Source: Azolla caroliniana (taxonomy: Eukaryota; Plantae; Polypodiophyta). From it: 64,000 nucleotides of DNA. The stretch covers positions 434,001-498,000 of the forward strand of contig JBHGNT010000026.1 in assembly GCA_043228905.1 (NCBI GenBank). The letters run 5' to 3'. The notes beneath the pieces were generated by a model. It was not told where the DNA came from, ran no database searches, and was given only the letters and a program-made list of their open reading frames with translations. How positions within the stretch are numbered: the stretch's first letter is position 1; each line of letters starts with the position of its first letter. This document shows positions 28,460 to 42,899 of this stretch, in pieces. Made by a program: the position numbers and the translations under genes.

Positions 28460-30870
28460 ATATGGAATTAAAAAATCAAGATTTTGCAACTCAAGTCGAG
28501 AGACATGAAGAAATTACCAAATTTGAGGAGTGAGGTTGGAAGAGCGCGTGAGTGAATTAAAATGTTCATACCTGGCTCGTGTGATATCGGATTTTTGTGT
28601 TCAAACATGCGAATCGAAGCTAACAACGCTAGCTATGTTATGGAATAAAAAAAACAAGATTTTGAAACTCAGGTCAAGAGACATGACGAAATTAGCAAAT
28701 TTGAGGAGTGAGTTGAGAGGAGCCCTTGAGTAAATTAAAATGTTCATACCTAGCGAGTGTGATATCGGCTTTTTGTGTACAAACATGCGAATCGAAGCTA
28801 ACAACGCTAGCTATGATATGGAATTAAAAAATCAAGACTTTGAAACTTACGTCGAGAGATATGACGAAATTAGCAAATTTGAGGAGGGAGTTGAGAGGAG
28901 CCCTTGAGTAAATTAAAATGGTCATACCTAGCGAGTGTGATATCGGATTTTTGTGTACAAACATGCGAATCGAAGCTAACAACGCTAGCTATGATATGGA
29001 ATTACAAAATGAAGATTTTGAAACTCAGGTCGAGAGACATGACGAAATTACCAAATTTGAGGAGGGAGTTGAGAGGGGCCCTTGAGTAAATTAAAATGTT
29101 CATACCTAGCGAGTGTTATATCGGATTTTTGTGTTCAAACATGCGAATCGAAGCTAACAATGCTAGCTATGATATGGAATTAAAAAATCAAGATTTTGAA
29201 ACTCAGGTCGAGAGACATGACGAAATTTCCAAATTTCAGGAGGGAGTTGAGAAGAGCTAGTAGGTAAATTATAATGTTCATACCTGGTTCGTGTGATATC
29301 GGATTTTTGTGTTCAAACATGCGAATCGAAGCTAAAAACGCTAGCTATGATATGGAATTAAAAAATCAAGATTTTGCAACTCAAGTCGAGAGACATGAAG
29401 AAATTACCAAATTTGAGGGGTGAGGTTGGAAGAGCGCGTGAGTGAATTAAAATGTTCATACCTGGCTCGTGTGATATCGGATTTTTGTGTTCAAACATGC
29501 GAATCGAAGCTAACAACGCTAGCTATGATATGGAATAAAAAAAACAAGATTTTGAAACTCAGGTCAAGAGACATGACGAAAATACCAAATTTGAGGAGGG
29601 AGTTGAGAGGAGCCCTTGAGTAAATTAAAATGTTCATACCTAGTGAGTGTGATATCGCACTTTTGTGTACAAACATGCGAATCGAAGCTAACAACGCTAG
29701 CTATGATATGGAATTAAAAAATCAAGATTTTGAAACTCAGGTCGAGAGACATGACGAAATTACCAAATTTGAGGAGTGAGTTGAGAGGAGCCCTTGAATA
29801 ATTTAAAATGGTCATACCTAGCGAGTGTGATATCGGATTTTTGTGTACAAACATGCGAATCGAAGCTAACAACGCTAGCTATGATATGGAATTAAAAAAT
29901 CAAGAGTTTGAAACTCAGATCGAGAGACATGACGAAATTTCCAAATTTCAGGAGGGAGTTGAGAAGAGCTAGGAGGTAAATTATAATGTTCATACCTGGT
30001 TCGTGTGATATCGGATTTTTGTGTTCAAACATTCGAATCGAAGCTAACAACGCTAGCTATGATATGGAATTACAAAATCAAGATTTTGAAACTCCAGTCG
30101 AGAGACATGATGAAATTTCCAAATTTGAGGAGTGACGTTGGAAGAGCGCGTGAGTGAATTAAAATGTTCATACCTGGCTCGTGTGATATCGGATTTTTGT
30201 GTTCAAACATGCGAATCGAAGCTAACAACACTAGCTATGATATGGAATTACAAAATGAAAATTTTGAAACTCAGGTCGAGAGACATGACGAAATTACCAA
30301 ATTTGAGGAGGGAGTTGAGAGGGGCCCTTGAGTAAATTAAAATGTTCATACCTAGCGAGTGTGATATCGGATTTTTATGTTCAAACATGCGAATCGAAGC
30401 TAACAACGCTAGCTATGATATGGAATTACAAAATGAAGATTTTGAAACTCAGGTCGAGAGACATGACGAAATTACCAAATTTGAGGAGGGAGTTGAGAGG
30501 GGCCCTTGAGTAAATTAAAATGTTCATACCTAGCGAGTGTGATATCGGATTTTTGTGTTCAAACATGCGAATCGAAGCTAACAATGCTAGCTATGATATG
30601 GAATTAAAAAATCAAGATTTTGAAACTCAGGTCGAGAGACATGACGAAATTTCCAAATTTCAGGAGGGAGTTGAGAAGAGCTAGTAGGTAAATTATAATG
30701 TTCATACCTGGTTCGTGTGATATCGGATTATTGTGTTCAAACATGCGAATCGAAGCTAAAAACGCTAGCTATGATATGGAATTAAAAAATCAAGATTTTG
30801 CAACTCAAGTCGAGAGACATGAAGAAATTACCAAATTTGAGGGGTGAGGTTGGAAGAGCGCGTGAGTGAA
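26640..30870. repeat. 13-monomer (2314 bp) duplication overlapping the end of the 18-mer HOR
   Basis: ORF pairs 27106/29420, 27818/30132 and 28014/30328 are all 2314 bp apart and carry the same private variants. Confidence 0.85.
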
Positions 30871-33800
30871 TTAAAATGGTCATACCTAGCGAGTGTGATA
30901 TCGGATTTTTGTGTACAAACATGCGAATCGAAGCTAACAACGCTAGCTATGATATGGAATTACAAAATCAAGATTTTGAAACTCAGGTCGAGAGACATGA
31001 CGAAATTACCAAATTTGAGGAGTGAGTTGAGAGGAGCCCTTGAGTAAATTAAAATGGTCATACCTAGCGAGTGTGATATCGGATTTTTGTGTACAAACAT
31101 GCGAATCGAAGCTAACAACGCTAGCTATGATATGGAATTAAAAAATCAAGATTTTGAAACTTACGTCGAGAGATATGACGAAATTAGCAAATTTGAGGAG
31201 TGAGTTGAGAGGAGCCCTTGAGTAAATTAAAATGGTCATACCTAGCGAGTGTGATATCGGATTTTTGTGTACAAACATGCGAATCGAAGCTAACAACGCT
31301 AGCTATGATATGGAATTACAAAATGAAGATTTTGAAACTCAGGTCGAGAGACATGACGAAATTACCAAATTTGAGGAGGGAGTTGAGAGGGGCCCTTGAG
31401 TAAATTAAAATGTTCATACCTAGCGAGTGTGATATCGGATTTTTGTGTTCAAACATGCGAATCGAAGCTAACAATGCTAGCTATGATAGGGAATTAAAAA
31501 ATCAAGATTTTGAAACTCAGGTCGAGAGACATGACGAAATTTCCAAATTTCAGGAGGGAGTTGAGAAGAGCTAGTAGGTAAATTATAATGTTCATACCTG
31601 GTTCGTGTGATATCGGATTTTTGTGTTCAAACATGCGAATCGAAGCTAAAAACGCTAGCTATGATATGGAATTAAAAAATCAAGATTTTGCAACTCAAGT
31701 CGAGAGACATGAAAAAATTACCAAATTTGAGGAGTGAGGTTGGAAGAGCGCGTGAGTGAATTAAAATGTTCATACCTGGCTCGTGTGATATCGGATTTCT
31801 GTGTTCAAACATGCGAATCGAAGCTAACCACGCTAGCTATGATATGGAATAAAAAAATCAAGATTTTGAAACTCAGGTCAAGAGACATGACGAAAATACC
31901 AAATTTCAGGAGGGAGTTGAGAGGAGCCCTTGAGTAAATTAAAATGTTCATACCTAGCGAGTGTGATATCGCACTTTTGTGTACAAACATGCGAATCGAA
32001 GCTAACAACGCTAGCTATGATATGGAATTAAAAAATCAAGATTTTGAAACTCAGGTCGAGAGACATGACGAAATTACCAAATTTGAGGAGTGAGTTGAGA
32101 GGAGCCCTTGAATAATTTAAAATGGTCATACCTAGCGAGTGTGATATCGGATTTTTGTGTACAAACATGCGAATCGAAGCTAACAACGCTAGCTATGATA
32201 TGGAATTAAAAAATCAAGATTTTGAAACTCAGGTCGAGAGACATGACGAAATTACCAAATTTGAGGAGTGAGTTGAGAGGAGCCCTTGAGTAAATTAAAA
32301 TGGTCATACCTAGCGAGTGTGATATCGGATTTTTGTGTACAAACATGCGAATCGAAGCTAACAACGCTAGCTATGATATGGAATTAAAAAATCAAGATTT
32401 TGAAACTCAAGTCGAGAGACATGAAGAAATTACCAAATTTGAGGAGTGAGGTTGGAAGAGCGCGTGAGTGAATTAAAATGTTCATACCTGGCTCGTGTGA
32501 TATCGGATTTTTGTGTTCAAACATGCGAATCGAAGCTAACAACGCTAGCTATGATATGGAATAAGAAAAACAAGATTTTGAAACTCAGGTCAAGAGACAT
32601 GACGAAATTAGCAAATTTGAGGAGTGATTTCAGAGGAGCCCTTGAGTAAATTAAAATGTTCATACCTAGCGAGTGTGATATCGGCTTTTTGTGTACAAAC
32701 ATGCGAATCGAAGCTAACAACGCTAGCTATGATATGGAATTAAAAAATCAAGACTTTGAAACTCAGGTCAAGAGACATGACGAAATTACTAAATTTGAGG
32801 AGGGAGTTGAGAGGGGCCCTTGAGTAAATTAAAATGTTCATACCTGGCTCGTGTGATATCGGATTTTTGTGTTCAAACATGCGAATCGAAGCTAACAACG
32901 CTAGCTATGATATGGAATAAAAAAAACAAGATTTTGAAACTCAGGTCAAGAGACATGACGAAATTAGCAAATTTGAGGAGTGAGTTGAGAGGAGCCCTTG
33001 AGTAAATTAAAATGTTCATACCTAGCGAGTGTGATATCGGCTTTTTGTGTACAAACATGCGAATCGAAGCTAACAACGCTAGCTATGATATGGAATTAAA
33101 AAATCAAGACTTTGAAACTTACGTCGAGAGATATGACGAAATTAGCAAATTTGAGGAGGGAGTTGAGAGGAGCCCTTAAGTAAATTAAAATGGTCATACC
33201 TAGCGAGTGTGATATCGGATTTTTGTGTACAAACATGCGAATCGAAGCTAACAACGCTAGCTATGATATGGAATTACAAAATGAAGATTTTGAAACTCAG
33301 GTCGAGAGACATGACGAAATTACCAAATTTGAGGAGGGAGTTGAGAGGGGCCCTTGAGTAAATTAAAATGTTCATACCTAGCGAGTGTGATATCGGATTT
33401 TTGTGTTCAAACATGCGAATCGAAGCTAACAATGCTAGCTATGATATGGAATTAAAAAATCAAGATTTTGAAACTCAGGTCGAGAGACATGACGAAATTT
33501 CCAAATTTCAGGAGGGAGTTGAGAAGAGCTAGTAGGTAAATTATAATGTTCATACCTGGTTCGTGTGATATCGGATTTTTGTGTTCAAACATGCGAATCG
33601 AAGCTAAAAACGCTAGCTATGATATGGAATTAAAAAATCAAGATTTTGCAACTCAAGTCGAGAGACATGAAGAAATTACCAAATTTGAGGAGTGAGGTTG
33701 GAAGAGCGCGTGAGTGAATTAAAATGTTCATACCTGGCTCGTGTGATATCGGATTTTTGTGTTCAAACATGCGAATCGAAGCTAACAACGCTAGCTATGT

Positions 33801-34179
33801 TATGGAATAAAAAAAACAAGATTTTGAAACTCAGGTCAAGAGACATGACGAAATTAGCAAATTTGAGGAGTGATTTCAGAGGAGCCCTTGAGTAAATTAA
33901 AATGTTCATACCTAGCGAGTGTGATATCGGCTTTTTGTGTACAAACATGCGAATCGAAGCTAACAACGCTAGCTATGATATGGAATTAAAAAATCAAGAC
34001 TTTGAAACTCAGGTCAAGAGACATGACGAAATTACTAAATTTGAGGAGGGAGTTGAGAGGGGCCCTTGAGTAAATTAAAATGGTCATACCTAGCTGGTGT
34101 GATATCGGATTTTTGTGTTCAAACATGCGAATCGAAGCTAACAACGCTAGCTACGACATGGAATAAAAAAAAACAAGAT

Positions 34180-37100
34180 TTTGAAACTCAGGTCAAGAGA
34201 CATGACGAAATTAGCAAATTTGAGGAGTGAGTTGAGAGGAGCCCTTGAGTAAATTAAAATGTTCATACATAGCGAGTGTGATATCGGATTTTTGTGTACA
34301 AACATGCGAATCGAAGCTAACAATGCTAGCTATGATATGGAATTAAAAAATCAAGATTTTGAAACTCAGGTCGAGAGACATGACGAAATTACCAAATTTG
34401 AGGAGGGGGTTGAGAGGGGCCCTTGAGTAAATTAAAATGTTCATACCTAGCTCGTGTGATATCGGATTTTTGTGTTCAAACATGCGAATCGAAGCTAACA
34501 ACGCTAGCTATGATATGGAATAAAAAAAACAAGATTTTGAAACTCAGGTCGAGAGACATGACGAAATTACCAAATTTGAGGAGTGAGTTGAGAGGAGCCC
34601 TTGAGTAAATTAAAATGGTCATACCTAGCGAGTGTGATATCGGATTTTTGTGTACAAACATGCGAATCGAAGCTAACAACGCTAGCTATGATATGGAATT
34701 AAAAAATCAAGATTTTGAAACTTACGTCGAGAGATATGACGAAATTAGCAAATTTGAGGAGTGAGTTGAGAGGAGCCCTTGAGTAAATTAAAATGGTCAT
34801 ACCTAGCGAGTGTGATATCGGATTTTTGTGTTCAAACATGCGAATCTAAGCTAACAACGCTAGCTATGATATGGAATTAAAAAATCAAGATTTTGAAACT
34901 CAGGTCGAGAGATATGACGAAATTAGCAAATTTGAGGAGTGAGTTGAGAGGAGCCCTTGAGTAAATTAAAATGGTCATACCTAGCGAGTGTGATATCGGA
35001 TTTTTGTGTACAAACATGCGAATCGAAGCTAACAACGCTAGCTATGATATGGAATTACAAAATGAAGATTTTGAAACTCAGGTCGAGAGACATGACGAAA
35101 TTACCAAATTTGAGGAGGGAGTTGAGAGGGGCCCTTGAGTAAATTAAAATGTTCATACCTAGCGAGTGTGATATCGGATTTTTGTGTTCAAACATGCGAA
35201 TCGAAGCTAACAATGCTAGCTATGATATGGAATTAAAAAATCAAGATTTTGAAACTCAGGTCGAGAGACATGACGAAATTTCCAAATTTCAGGAGGGAGT
35301 TGAGAAGAGCTAGTAGGTAAATTATAATGTTCATACCTGGTTCGTGTGATATCAGATTTCTGTGTTCAAACATGCGAATCGAAGCTAAAAACGCTAGCTA
35401 TGATATGGCATTAAAAAATCAAGATTTTGCAACTCAAGTCGAGAGACATGAAGAAATTACCAAATTTGAGGAGTGAGTGAATTAAAATGTTCATACCTGG
35501 CTCGGGTGATATCGGATTTTTGTGTTCAAACATGCGAATCGAAGCTAACAACGCTAGCTATGATATGGAATAAAAAAAACAAGATTTTGAAACTCAGGTC
35601 CAGAGACATGACGAAATTAGCAAATTTGAGGAGTGATTTCAGAGGAGCCCTTGAGTAAATTAAAATGTTCATACCTAGCGAGTGTGATATCGGCTTTTTG
35701 TGTACAAACATGCGAATCGAAGCTAACAACGCTAGCTATGATATGGAATTAAAAAATCAAGACTTTGAAACTCAGGTCAAGAGACATGACGAAATTACTA
35801 AATTTCAGGAGGGGGTTGAGAGGGGCCCTTGAGTAAATTAAAATGTTCATACCTAGCTCGTGTGATATCGGATTTTTGTGTTCAAACATGCGAATCGAAG
35901 CTAACAACGCTAGCTACGACATGGAATAAAAAAAAACAAGATTTTGAAACTCAGGTCAAGAGACATGACGAAATTAGCAAATTTGAGGAGTGAGTTGAGA
36001 GGAGCCCTTGAGTAAATTAAAATGTTCATACATAGCGAGTGTGATATCGGATTTTTGTGTACAAACATGCGAATCGAAGCTAACAACGCTAGCTATGATA
36101 TGGAATTAAAAAATCAAGATTTTGAAACTCAGGTCGAGAGACATGACGAAATTTCCAAATTTCAGGAGGGGGTTGAGAGGGGCCCTTGAGTAAATTAAAA
36201 TGTTCATACCTAGCTCGTGTGATATCGGATTTTTGTGTTCAAACATGCGAATCGAAGCTAACAACGCTAGCTATGATATGGAATAAAAAAAACAAGATTT
36301 TGAAACTCAGGTCAAGAGACATGACGAAATTAGCAAATTTGAGGAGTGAGTTGAGAGGAGCCCTTGAGTAAATTAAAATGTTCATACATAGCGAGTGTGA
36401 TATCGGATTTTTGTGTACAAACATGCGAATCGAAGCTAACAATGCTAGCTATGATATGGAATTAAAAAATCAAGATTTTGAAACTCAGGTCGAGAGACAT
36501 GACGAAATTACCAAATTTGAGGAGGGGGTTGAGAGGGGCCCTTGAGTAAATTAAAATGTTCATACCTAGCTCGTGTGATATCGGATTTTTGTGTTCAAAC
36601 ATGCGAATCGAAGCTAACAACGCTAGCTATGATATGGAATAAAAAAAACAAGATTTTGAAACTCAGGTCGAGAGACATGACGAAATTACCAAATTTGAGG
36701 AGTGAGTTGAGAGGAGCCCTTGAGTAAATTAAAATGGTCATACCTAGCGAGTGTGATATCGGATTTTTGTGTACAAACATGCGAATCGAAGCTAACAACG
36801 CTAGCTATGATATGGAATTAAAAAATCAAGATTTTGAAACTTACGTCGAGAGATATGACGAAATTAGCAAATTTGAGGAGTGAGTTGAGAGGAGCCCTTG
36901 AGTAAATTAAAATGGTCATACCTAGCGAGTGTGATATCGGATTTTTGTGTTCAAACATGCGAATCTAAGCTAACAACGCTAGCTATGATATGGAATTAAA
37001 AAATCAAGATTTTGAAACTCAGGTCGAGAGATATGACGAAATTAGCAAATTTGAGGAGTGAGTTGAGAGGAGCCCTTGAGTAAATTAAAATGGTCATACC

Positions 37101-38432
37101 TAGCGAGTGTGATATCGGATTTTTGTGTACAAACATGCGAATCGAAGCTAACAACGCTAGCTATGATATGGAATTACAAAATGAAGATTTTGAAACTCAG
37201 GTCGAGAGACATGACGAAATTACCAAATTTGAGGAGGGAGTTGAGAGGGGCCCTTGAGTAAATTAAAATGTTCATACCTAGCGAGTGTGATATCGGATTT
37301 TTGTGTTCAAACATGCGAATCGAAGCTAACAATGCTAGCTATGATATGGAATTAAAAAATCAAGATTTTGAAACTCAGGTCGAGAGACATGACGAAATTT
37401 CCAAATTTCAGGAGGGAGTTGAGAAGAGCTAGTAGGTAAATTATAATGTTCATACCTGGTTCGTGTGATATCAGATTTCTGTGTTCAAACATGCGAATCG
37501 AAGCTAAAAACGCTAGCTATGATATGGCATTAAAAAATCAAGATTTTGCAACTCAAGTCGAGAGACATGAAGAAATTACCAAATTTGAGGAGTGAGTGAA
37601 TTAAAATGTTCATACCTGGCTCGGGTGATATCGGATTTTTGTGTTCAAACATGCGAATCGAAGCTAACAACGCTAGCTATGATATGGAATAAAAAAAACA
37701 AGATTTTGAAACTCAGGTCCAGAGACATGACGAAATTAGCAAATTTGAGGAGTGATTTCAGAGGAGCCCTTGAGTAAATTAAAATGTTCATACCTAGCGA
37801 GTGTGATATCGGCTTTTTGTGTACAAACATGCGAATCGAAGCTAACAACGCTAGCTATGATATGGAATTAAAAAATCAAGACTTTGAAACTCAGGTCAAG
37901 AGACATGACGAAATTACTAAATTTCAGGAGGGGGTTGAGAGGGGCCCTTGAGTAAATTAAAATGTTCATACCTAGCTCGTGTGATATCGGATTTTTGTGT
38001 TCAAACATGCGAATCGAAGCTAACAACGCTAGCTACGACATGGAATAAAAAAAAACAAGATTTTGAAACTCAGGTCAAGAGACATGACGAAATTAGCAAA
38101 TTTGAGGAGTGAGTTGAGAGGAGCCCTTGAGTAAATTAAAATGTTCATACATAGCGAGTGTGATATCGGATTTTTGTGTACAAACATGCGAATCGAAGCT
38201 AACAACGCTAGCTATGATATGGAATTAAAAAATCAAGATTTTGAAACTCAGGTCGAGAGACATGACGAAATTTCCAAATTTCAGGAGGGGGTTGAGAGGG
38301 GCCCTTGAGTAAATTAAAATGTTCATACCTAGCTCGTGTGATATCGGATTTTTGTGTTCAAACATGCGAATCGAAGCTAACAACGCTAGCTATGATATGG
38401 AATAAAAAAAACAAGATTTTGAAACTCAGGTC
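34180..38432. repeat. 12-monomer HOR (2119 bp) containing an 18-bp-deleted monomer, 2 tandem copies
   Basis: ORF pairs 34423/36542, 34957/37076 and 35473/37592 are 2119 bp apart (12x178-18+1). Private variants include atatggcatt, tcagatttct, ctcgggtga and ggtccaga. Confidence 0.92.
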
Positions 38433-41040
38433 GAGAGACATGACGAAATTACCAAATTTGAGGAGTGAGTTGAGAGGAGCCCTTGAGTAAATTAAAATGG
38501 TCATACCTAGCGAGTGTGATATCGGATTTTTGTGTACAAATATGCGAATCGAAGCTAACAACGCTAGCTATGATATGGAATTAAAAAATCAAGAGTTTGA
38601 AACTTACGTCGAGAGATATGACGAAATTAGCAAATTTGAGGAGTGAGTTGAGAGGAGCCCTTGAGTAAATTAAAATGGTCATACCTAGCGAGTGTGATAT
38701 CGGATTTTTGTGTTCAAACATGCGAATCGAAGCTAACAATGCTAGCTATGATATGGAATTAAAAAATCAAGATTTTGAAACTCAGGTCGAGAGACATGAC
38801 GAAATTTCCAAATTTCAGGAGGGAGTTGAGAAGAGCTAGTAGGTAAATTATAATGTTCATACCTGGTTCGTGTGATATCGGATTATTGTGTTCAAACATG
38901 CGAATCGAAGCTAAAAACGCTAGCTATGATATGGAATTAAAAAATCAAGATTTTGCAACTCAAGTCGAGAGACATGAAGAAATTACCAAATTTGAGGAGT
39001 GAGGTTGGAAGAGCGCGTGAGTGAATTAAAATGTTCATACCTGGCTCGTGTGATATCGGATTTTTGTGTTCAAACATGCGAATCGAAGCTAACAACGCTA
39101 GCTATGTTATGGAATAAAAAAAACAAGATTTTGAAACTCAGGTCAAGAGACATGACGAAATTAGCAAATTTGAGGAGTGAGTTGAGAGGAGCCCTTGAGT
39201 AAATTAAAATGTTCATACCTAGCGAGTGTGATATCGGCTTTTTGTGTACAAACATGCGAATCGAAGCTAACAACGCTAGCTATGATATGGAATTAAAAAA
39301 TCAAGACTTTGAAACTTACGTCGAGAGATATGACGAAATTAGCAAATTTGAGGAGGGAGTTGAGAGGAGCCCTTGAGTAAATTAAAATGGTCATACCTAG
39401 CGAGTGTGATATCGGATTTTTGTGTACAAACATGCGAATCGAAGCTAACAACGCTAGCTATGATATGGAATTACAAAATGAAGATTTTGAAACTCAGGTC
39501 GAGAGACATGACGAAATTACCAAATTTGAGGAGGGAGTTGAGAGGGGCCCTTGAGTAAATTAAAATGTTCATACCTAGCGAGTGTGATATCGGATTTTTG
39601 TGTTCAAACATGCGAATCGAAGCTAACAATGCTAGCTATGATATGGAATTAAAAAATCAAGATTTTGAAACTCAGGTCGAGAGACATGACGAAATTTCCA
39701 AATTTCAGGAGGGAGTTGAGAAGAGCTAGTAGGTAAATTATAATGTTCATACCTGGTTCGTGTGATATCGGATTTTTGTGTTCAAACATGCGAATCGAAG
39801 CTAAAAACGCTAGCTATGATATGGAATTAAAAAATCAAGATTTTGCAACTCAAGTCGAGAGACATGAAGAAATTACCAAATTTGAGGAGTGAGGTTGGAA
39901 GAGCGCGTGAGTGAATTAAAATGTTCATACCTGGCTCGTGTGATATCGGTTTTTTGTGTTCAAACATGCGAATCGAAGCTAACAATGCTAGCTATGATAT
40001 GGAATTGAAAAATCAAGATTTTGAAACTCAGGTCGAGAGACATGACGAAATTTCCAAATTTCAGGAGGGAGTTGAGAAGAGCTAGTAGGTAAATTATAAT
40101 GTTCATACCTGGTTCGTGTGATATCGGATTTTTTTGTTCAAACATTCGAATCGAAGCTAACAACGCTAGCTATGATATGGAATTACAAAATGAAGATTTT
40201 GAAACTCAGGTCGAGAGACATGATGAAATTACCAAATTTGAGGAGTGACGTTGGAAGAGCGCGTGAGTGAATTAAAATGTTCATACCTGGCTCGTGTGAT
40301 ATCGGATTTTTGTGTTCAAACATGCAAATCGAAGCTAACAACGCTAGCTATGATATGGAATAAAAAAAACAAGATTTTGAAACTCAGGTCAAGATACATG
40401 ACGAAATTAGCAAATTTGAGGAGTGAGTTGAGAGGAGCCCTTGAGTAAATTAAAATGGTCATACCTAGCGAGTGTGATATCGGATTTTTGTGTACAAACA
40501 TGCGAATCGAAGCTAACAACGCTAGCTATGATATGGAATTAAAAAATCAAGATTTTGAAACTCAGGTCGAGAGACATGACGAAATTTCCAAATTTCAGGA
40601 GGGAGTTGAGAAGAGCTAGTAGGTAAATTATAATGTTCATACCTAGCTCGTGTTATATCGGATTTTTGTGTTCAAACATGCGAATCGAAGCTAACAACGC
40701 TAGCTATGATATAGAATTAAAAAATAAAGATTTTGAAACTCAGGTCGAGAGACATGACGAAATTACCAAATTTGAGGAGTGAGTTGAGAGGAGCCCTTGA
40801 GTAAATTAAAATGGTCATACCTAGCGAGTGTGATATTGGATTTTTGTGTACAAACTTGCGAATCGAAGCTAACAACGCTAGCTATGATATGGAATTAAAA
40901 AATCAAGATTTTGAAACTTACGTCGAGAGATATGACGAAATTAGCAAATTTGAGGAGTGAGTTGAGAGGAGCCCTTGAGTAAATTAAAATGGTCATACCT
41001 AGCGAGTGTGATATCGGATTTTTGTGTACAAACATGCGAA

Positions 41041-42680
41041 TCTAAGCTAACAACGCTAGCTATGATATGGAATTAAAAAATCAAGATTTTGAAACTCAGG
41101 TCGAGAGATATGACGAAATTAGCAAATTTGAGGAGTGAGTTGAGAGGAGCCCTTGAGTAAATTAAAATGGTCATACCTAGCGAGTGTGATATCGGATTTT
41201 TGTGTACAAACATGCGAATCGAAGCTAACAACGCTAGCTATGATATGGAATTACAAAATGAAGATTTTGAAACTCAGGTCGAGAGACATGACGAAATTAC
41301 CAAATTTGAGGAGGGAGTTGAGAGGGGCCCTTGAGTAAATTAAAATGTTCATACCTAGCGAGTGTGATATCGGATTTTTGTGTTCAAACATGCGAATCGA
41401 AGCTAACAATGCTAGCTATGATATGGAATTAAAAAATCAAGATTTTGAAACTCAGGTCGAGAGACATGACGAAATTTCCAAATTTCAGGAGGGAGTTGAG
41501 AAGAGCTAGTAGGTAAATTATAATGTTCATACCTGGTTCGTGTGATATCAGATTTCTGTGTTCAAACATGCGAATCGAAGCTAAAAACGCTAGCTATGAT
41601 ATGGCATTAAAAAATCAAGATTTTGCAACTCAAGTCGAGAGACATGAAGAAATTACCAAATTTGAGGAGTGAGTGAATTAAAATGTTCATACCTGGCTCG
41701 GGTGATATCGGATTTTTGTGTTCAAACATGCGAATCGAAGCTAACAACGCTAGCTATGATATGGAATAAAAAAAACAAGATTTTGAAACTCAGGTCCAGA
41801 GACATGACGAAATTAGCAAATTTGAGGAGTGATTTCAGAGGAGCCCTTGAGTAAATTAAAATGTTCATACCTAGCGAGTGTGATATCGGCTTTTTGTGTA
41901 CAAACATGCGAATCGAAGCTAACAACGCTAGCTATGATATGGAATTAAAAAATCAAGACTTTGAAACTCAGGTCAAGAGACATGACGAAATTACTAAATT
42001 TCAGGAGGGGGTTGAGAGGGGCCCTTGAGTAAATTAAAATGTTCATACCTAGCTCGTGTGATATCGGATTTTTGTGTTCAAACATGCGAATCGAAGCTAA
42101 CAACGCTAGCTACGACATGGAATAAAAAAAAACAAGATTTTGAAACTCAGGTCAAGAGACATGACGAAATTAGCAAATTTGAGGAGTGAGTTGAGAGGAG
42201 CCCTTGAGTAAATTAAAATGTTCATACATAGCGAGTGTGATATCGGATTTTTGTGTACAAACATGCGAATCGAAGCTAACAACGCTAGCTATGATATGGA
42301 ATTAAAAAATCAAGATTTTGAAACTCAGGTCGAGAGACATGACGAAATTTCCAAATTTCAGGAGGGGGTTGAGAGGGGCCCTTGAGTAAATTAAAATGTT
42401 CATACCTAGCTCGTGTGATATCGGATTTTTGTGTTCAAACATGCGAATCGAAGCTAACAACGCTAGCTATGATATGGAATAAAAAAAACAGGATTTTGAA
42501 ACTCAGGTCCAGAGACATGACGAAATTACCAAATTTGAGGAGTGAGTTGAGAGGAGCCCTTGAGTAAATTAAAATGGTCATACCTAGCGAGTGTGATATC
42601 GGATTTTTGTGTACAAACATGCGAATCGAAGCTAACAACGCTAGCTATGATATGGAATTAAAAAATCAAGAGTTTGAAAC
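41041..42680. repeat. Third, partial and non-adjacent copy of the deletion-bearing 12-mer block
   Basis: The offset is 4077 bp (37076/41153, 37592/41669, 38305/42382). It carries the same 18-bp deletion and private SNPs. Confidence 0.88.
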
Positions 42681-42899
42681 TTACGTCGAGAGATATGACG
42701 AAATTAGCAAATTTGAGGAGTGAGTTGAGAGGAGCCCTTGAGTAAATTAAAATGGTCATACCTAGCGAGTGTGATATCGGATTTTTGTGTTCAAACATGC
42801 GAATCTAAGCTAACAACGCTAGCTATGATATGGAATTAAAAAATCAAGATTTTGAAACTCAGGTCGAGAGACATGACGAAATTACCAAATTTGAGGAGT

